A stretch of 64,000 bases of DNA, taken from contig JBEUKZ010000118.1 of assembly GCA_048128005.1 (NCBI GenBank), forward strand, positions 1-64,000, read 5' to 3'. The notes under the pieces were generated by a model that saw only the letters and a program-made list of their open reading frames with translations, was not told where the DNA came from and did no database searches. Positions within the stretch are counted from its first letter, which is position 1; each line of letters opens with the position of its first letter. The stretch is from Veleropilina oligotropha (taxonomy: Eukaryota). Of this stretch, positions 60,291 to 64,000 are shown piece after piece. Position numbers and translations under genes: made by a program.

Positions 60291-63200
60291 CCATTTGGAA
60301 ATTTATGGAACTCAAATCCCTAAAGTATCGTCACATGACGCTTAATTCAGCATTGGTACCCGTTATCTTCGAATCACATCGTACTAGTATCTCATATTCA
60401 CCTCCTGGAATTTATGTTACGATATTGCATATAATATTCCTTGGGTACTGTAAACTACATATCTGGCTCCCAATAAATATTTAAGATCACATTGATTCAC
60501 AATATTATTTCAAATAAATGAGGCAGTTTTCCCTTCTTTTTATACAGGACACAACACTCAAAATTAGATAGAGAAAGGTCGCACATCGCAAACTCTCACA
60601 CTGTTATATGCGATTCCAACTGTTCGCATATTTCCACATCTTATTCAATGAAACTTGTTTTATTGGTCATGTGCTGGTTGGACGCTGCGGGTAGCTCTGC
60701 GCGATCACTGACCATCGATCGGTGTTGCGTTCAACTAGTTGAACATTTTTCGAGGATCAACGAATGACAAAAGGAGATAACAGCTTCAGTCGCCAGGTGG
60801 AATGCCTTTATCAAGCTACCTGGAAATATACACGCAATATATTAATACATATAGTAATTTCCTTATACATTTTCACTGCGATACGATGACAAAGACAAAC
60901 GATGATCTACAAATCATTAATTGTGTCGCGAACAGATCACGGATACAACTGAGGCATACAACTCAGTGAAGCCACATACAAAAACAAAATATAAAAGCAA
61001 TCCTTTAAGATGTTGATTCCGTTTATTGACGTAATTTGCAATCGAAATAAAACTACAAATGGGGTATTGTGGATTAATCACCTACTCGTTTGATTTCGTA
61101 GATAACGGGGATTGAATCAGTGTCCATGTGAAACAAATATGAGCCAGCGCTCTAGCCGTCAATCAATCAATCAATCATTGCGGGACTAAAACGTAATTAT
61201 ACGTTAAAATGTGGCTAAAATACAAACACAAGTTCAAATTCGAACGCGCCAAAATCAGCCCAAGTACAGTCAATCACTGGGGACATGACCAAAGTCGATG
61301 GTAATTGTGTGAATTTAAGTGTTTCAGTCAAAATCTGATGTAATATATATGAATGATTTAATTTATAAATAATAATACAGTGTTAAATGGAGATAGATGT
61401 AATTGTAATATTCTGCTATTATGCAGTAATAAATTATAAATCGTCAACATCACGGGACCGCAGCGAAACTAAATATTTTACAAAAGCAACAGACAAGAAT
61501 GCAATCTTCGCCCCCAATTTTTTTTAATTTTTTTTTAAAGTTTGAAGCTTATGTCCATTATATACGATGTATAAAAACATAATGTAATTGAATTAATGCG
61601 ATAAAGTGATAGTTTCCCAATTACTTTACGCTTCGTTCGTTAAATACCATCAAGGCATTTTGACGCAGCTATTGTCATTGACCGTTCAGTGCGATAGATT
61701 ATCCAGGGCACGCGCACTGCTACTCCTGGGTTCGTTTTGCGATACAGGACATCTTTCTGACCCGATGAAATTTATCGACGCAGGATTGAAAGTTAATCGA
61801 TATTTAAACGACGATACATGACAAAACGCTTTGGACGAAATTTTGCAAAATGTAAAAGTTACCTGTATCTGTAATCTCCCCAATCCGGCGAACTGCAAGG
61901 TAATAATGGACGCGAGTCATATCGATACGATTATGGAGAAATATAGACATGAAAACAATATTCTACGACTGGTTGCTCTTTCCTATGCCATAATACATGT
62001 TCATATTATAAGTTGTTTTCCGATCACGAGTGGGACATCGGTGATTGTATTCCGCCTGACGTTGTATCCCGAAGCGCGTAGCGCTGATGGTTACAACTTC
62101 AGGAAGGAATACAATCACCGATTTCAGCGAGTGATCGGAAGACAACAAATTTATCTTACTTTCAAATGAAATAAATGGTCTGAATATTGGCAGTATTTAA
62201 TATGAACCGACCCGTCTCTATTTTCCGTCACGACATATTGCAAACATGTGACGTCACGTTGTTTACACACTTGCATTTTGGAATAAATAAACACTGTTTA
62301 ACAATAACTAAACTTTTAATATCTATTAATTCCATGCCTTATCCCCTCTATTGTTGTCGTCTTATATAGCCCCCTTACTTTGTCCTTAAATCGACGTAAA
62401 AGTTTCCCAGTATATCCGCTAGCCTTAGGTACTTTGTCGAACTTTTCGCAATCCGTAGGTAATTTATTATCCTGTAGATATTCCCTAAATCAAACTGCTG
62501 CACATGTGTTGGATTTCTTTGTATTATTCAGAATAATTATTTCCTTCTTCTTGGTTATATCTTCGTGTGTGTTATTGTCAAATCGATTAGATGTCATTGT
62601 AAACATCTTAGTCGGGCATGGTTCTTACCAACATCATTGAATAATTTTCACCACTCTGTACAAGTTTTCAATTTGAAAGATAGCCCCAAGACGTTTTTGA
62701 AATATAATATGCAGCTGTATATATGACTAGGAACTAAAACATTGAGGGGGACATGATGGTCAACAGGACTTTGAAGGGCCTTACCGGGTCGAATTTTACT
62801 ATCAATGGCCCGCGTCGTGGACCTTGTTCCCCAGGGGAATATTTTTTGGCAAATAACCGTGCGAAACACCCTCTCCTGTATTCTGATGATGTAAATGTGA
62901 TATTTCTTAACAATATTTACGAATCATTTCATCACTTCATAAAAGGTGAAGGCATGTAATAGCCGCATGCTCAGTCAGCTGTATAATAATTATACTCTCT
63001 ATAATGGTGACTGTCCGTAGATGCAGATATCTCAAGGATATTGTACGTGTGATAAAAGCTATGAACTCAGATATATACTTTAAGCCTCTTGTCTATGAGC
63101 ATCAGTAAAATATTGTGGGGTGAAATACCCCCCTTATTGTATGAAAATCGAACACAATTGCATAAAGTGGGCATAGTTGATCGAGAGCAGATTTTGCTCG

Positions 63201-63677
63201 AGAACGGATTTTGATCTAAAATAGACAGTAAAATCAATTCTGGAGATGGTGCACACAGAAACTATGAAGTCGGATATGTACTTTTGAGTCGGTCTAAGGG
63301 CATCAATAAAAAAATGGGGGGGGGGGGGGTAATACCGGTTATTTTATAACAAACTTTGAGCCCGCGTATATAATTTGAGTGCACATCTAAGGGAACTTGT
63401 AAATTTAAGGGCACCTCTAAAAATCTTGAGGGTATTCCCCCCCCCCGGCTTCTACGCCACTGGAAACCCCTCTCCTGCATGGTGAGAGTGCAAACCAAAC
63501 ATGTAATTTTGACAACCTTTATGAATAATTTTCACCAAAGTATTACACCACACTTTTTATCATGACCCAGCCATAAAACCACTGTCGTTTTCAAAAGGGG
63601 TACTAGGGTCAAACTTTCCCAACCTGTGATCAATTGCTCGCGTGGGGTTGGGGCCCGACGCAGAGAAAAAATTTGAC

Positions 63678-63962
63678 AAGCGGCATCCTGAGGTCGCGAT
63701 GGTCGCAAAGGACTTGGAGATGGCAGACGTCACCCTGGGCGAATTTCTGACTAAGAAATTTGCGCTCTGGATCGATATGCGGGTAACTGACGACGATCAG
63801 TTGCACGGGTCAGGCCGGAGGGTCGAGAACGCCAGCGAAGGCATTACTATTCAGATCACTAAAACAGCCGAAGCGGCCGGTCCACTGAACGTCTACGAGT
63901 TCGTGATCATGGACGCACAGCTGAATATCGAGAATGGCCGATTCGTCGAAGCACTGTACTAA
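63678..63962 (+). pseudogene. C-terminal 94 aa of a second major capsid gene copy, 5'-truncated
   Basis: KRHPEVAMVAKDLEMADV..NGRFVEALY aligns without gaps to the end of 33407-34711, with 81 of 94 residues identical by manual count. Confidence 0.92.
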
Positions 63963-64000
63963 ACGATTTCCGCACACCAAGGACCCCCACTCCGCAATCA
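63934..64000 (+). CDS. Start of a second packaging ATPase copy, running off the window
   Basis: MADSSKHCTKRFPHTKDPHSAI matches MADLSQRCTRRSPHTKDPHSAI of 32803-33435. Confidence 0.85.
   Translation, partial: MADSSKHCTKRFPHTKDPHSAI

Noticed and set aside
63642..63677. First 12 codons of the 106-aa ORF as capsid sequence
   Set aside because: They do not match the first capsid copy and resemble MITE internal sequence seen at ~40070-40110.

Overview
AT-rich, repeat-dense eukaryotic DNA from an invertebrate metazoan (the repeat types suggest a mollusc or similar, which the sequence alone cannot prove). The centrepiece is a GC-rich ~8.8 kb endogenous Polinton/Maverick-like virus at ~28310-37145. 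It carries an intact major capsid-like gene, an intact A32/FtsK-type packaging ATPase, a decayed rve integrase, a decayed and very divergent PolB-like gene running into an SF1 helicase, and about six predicted membrane proteins, and it appears to contain an internal inversion. A second, diverged copy of the capsid/ATPase junction starts at ~63678 and runs off the window. The rest holds a two-gene Harbinger transposon, a Penelope-like GIY-YIG fragment between inverted repeats with hammerhead-like folds, an internally deleted Merlin element nested in another TIR element, and a decayed Helentron (ZnF-OTU-Rep-Pif1-APE) interrupted by HINE-like elements. It also holds two C2H2 zinc-finger arrays (one intact, one broken), several MITEs, SINE heads and tandem arrays with 28, 30, 32, 63 and 96 bp units. 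All family assignments come from motif recognition by eye; no database search was run.
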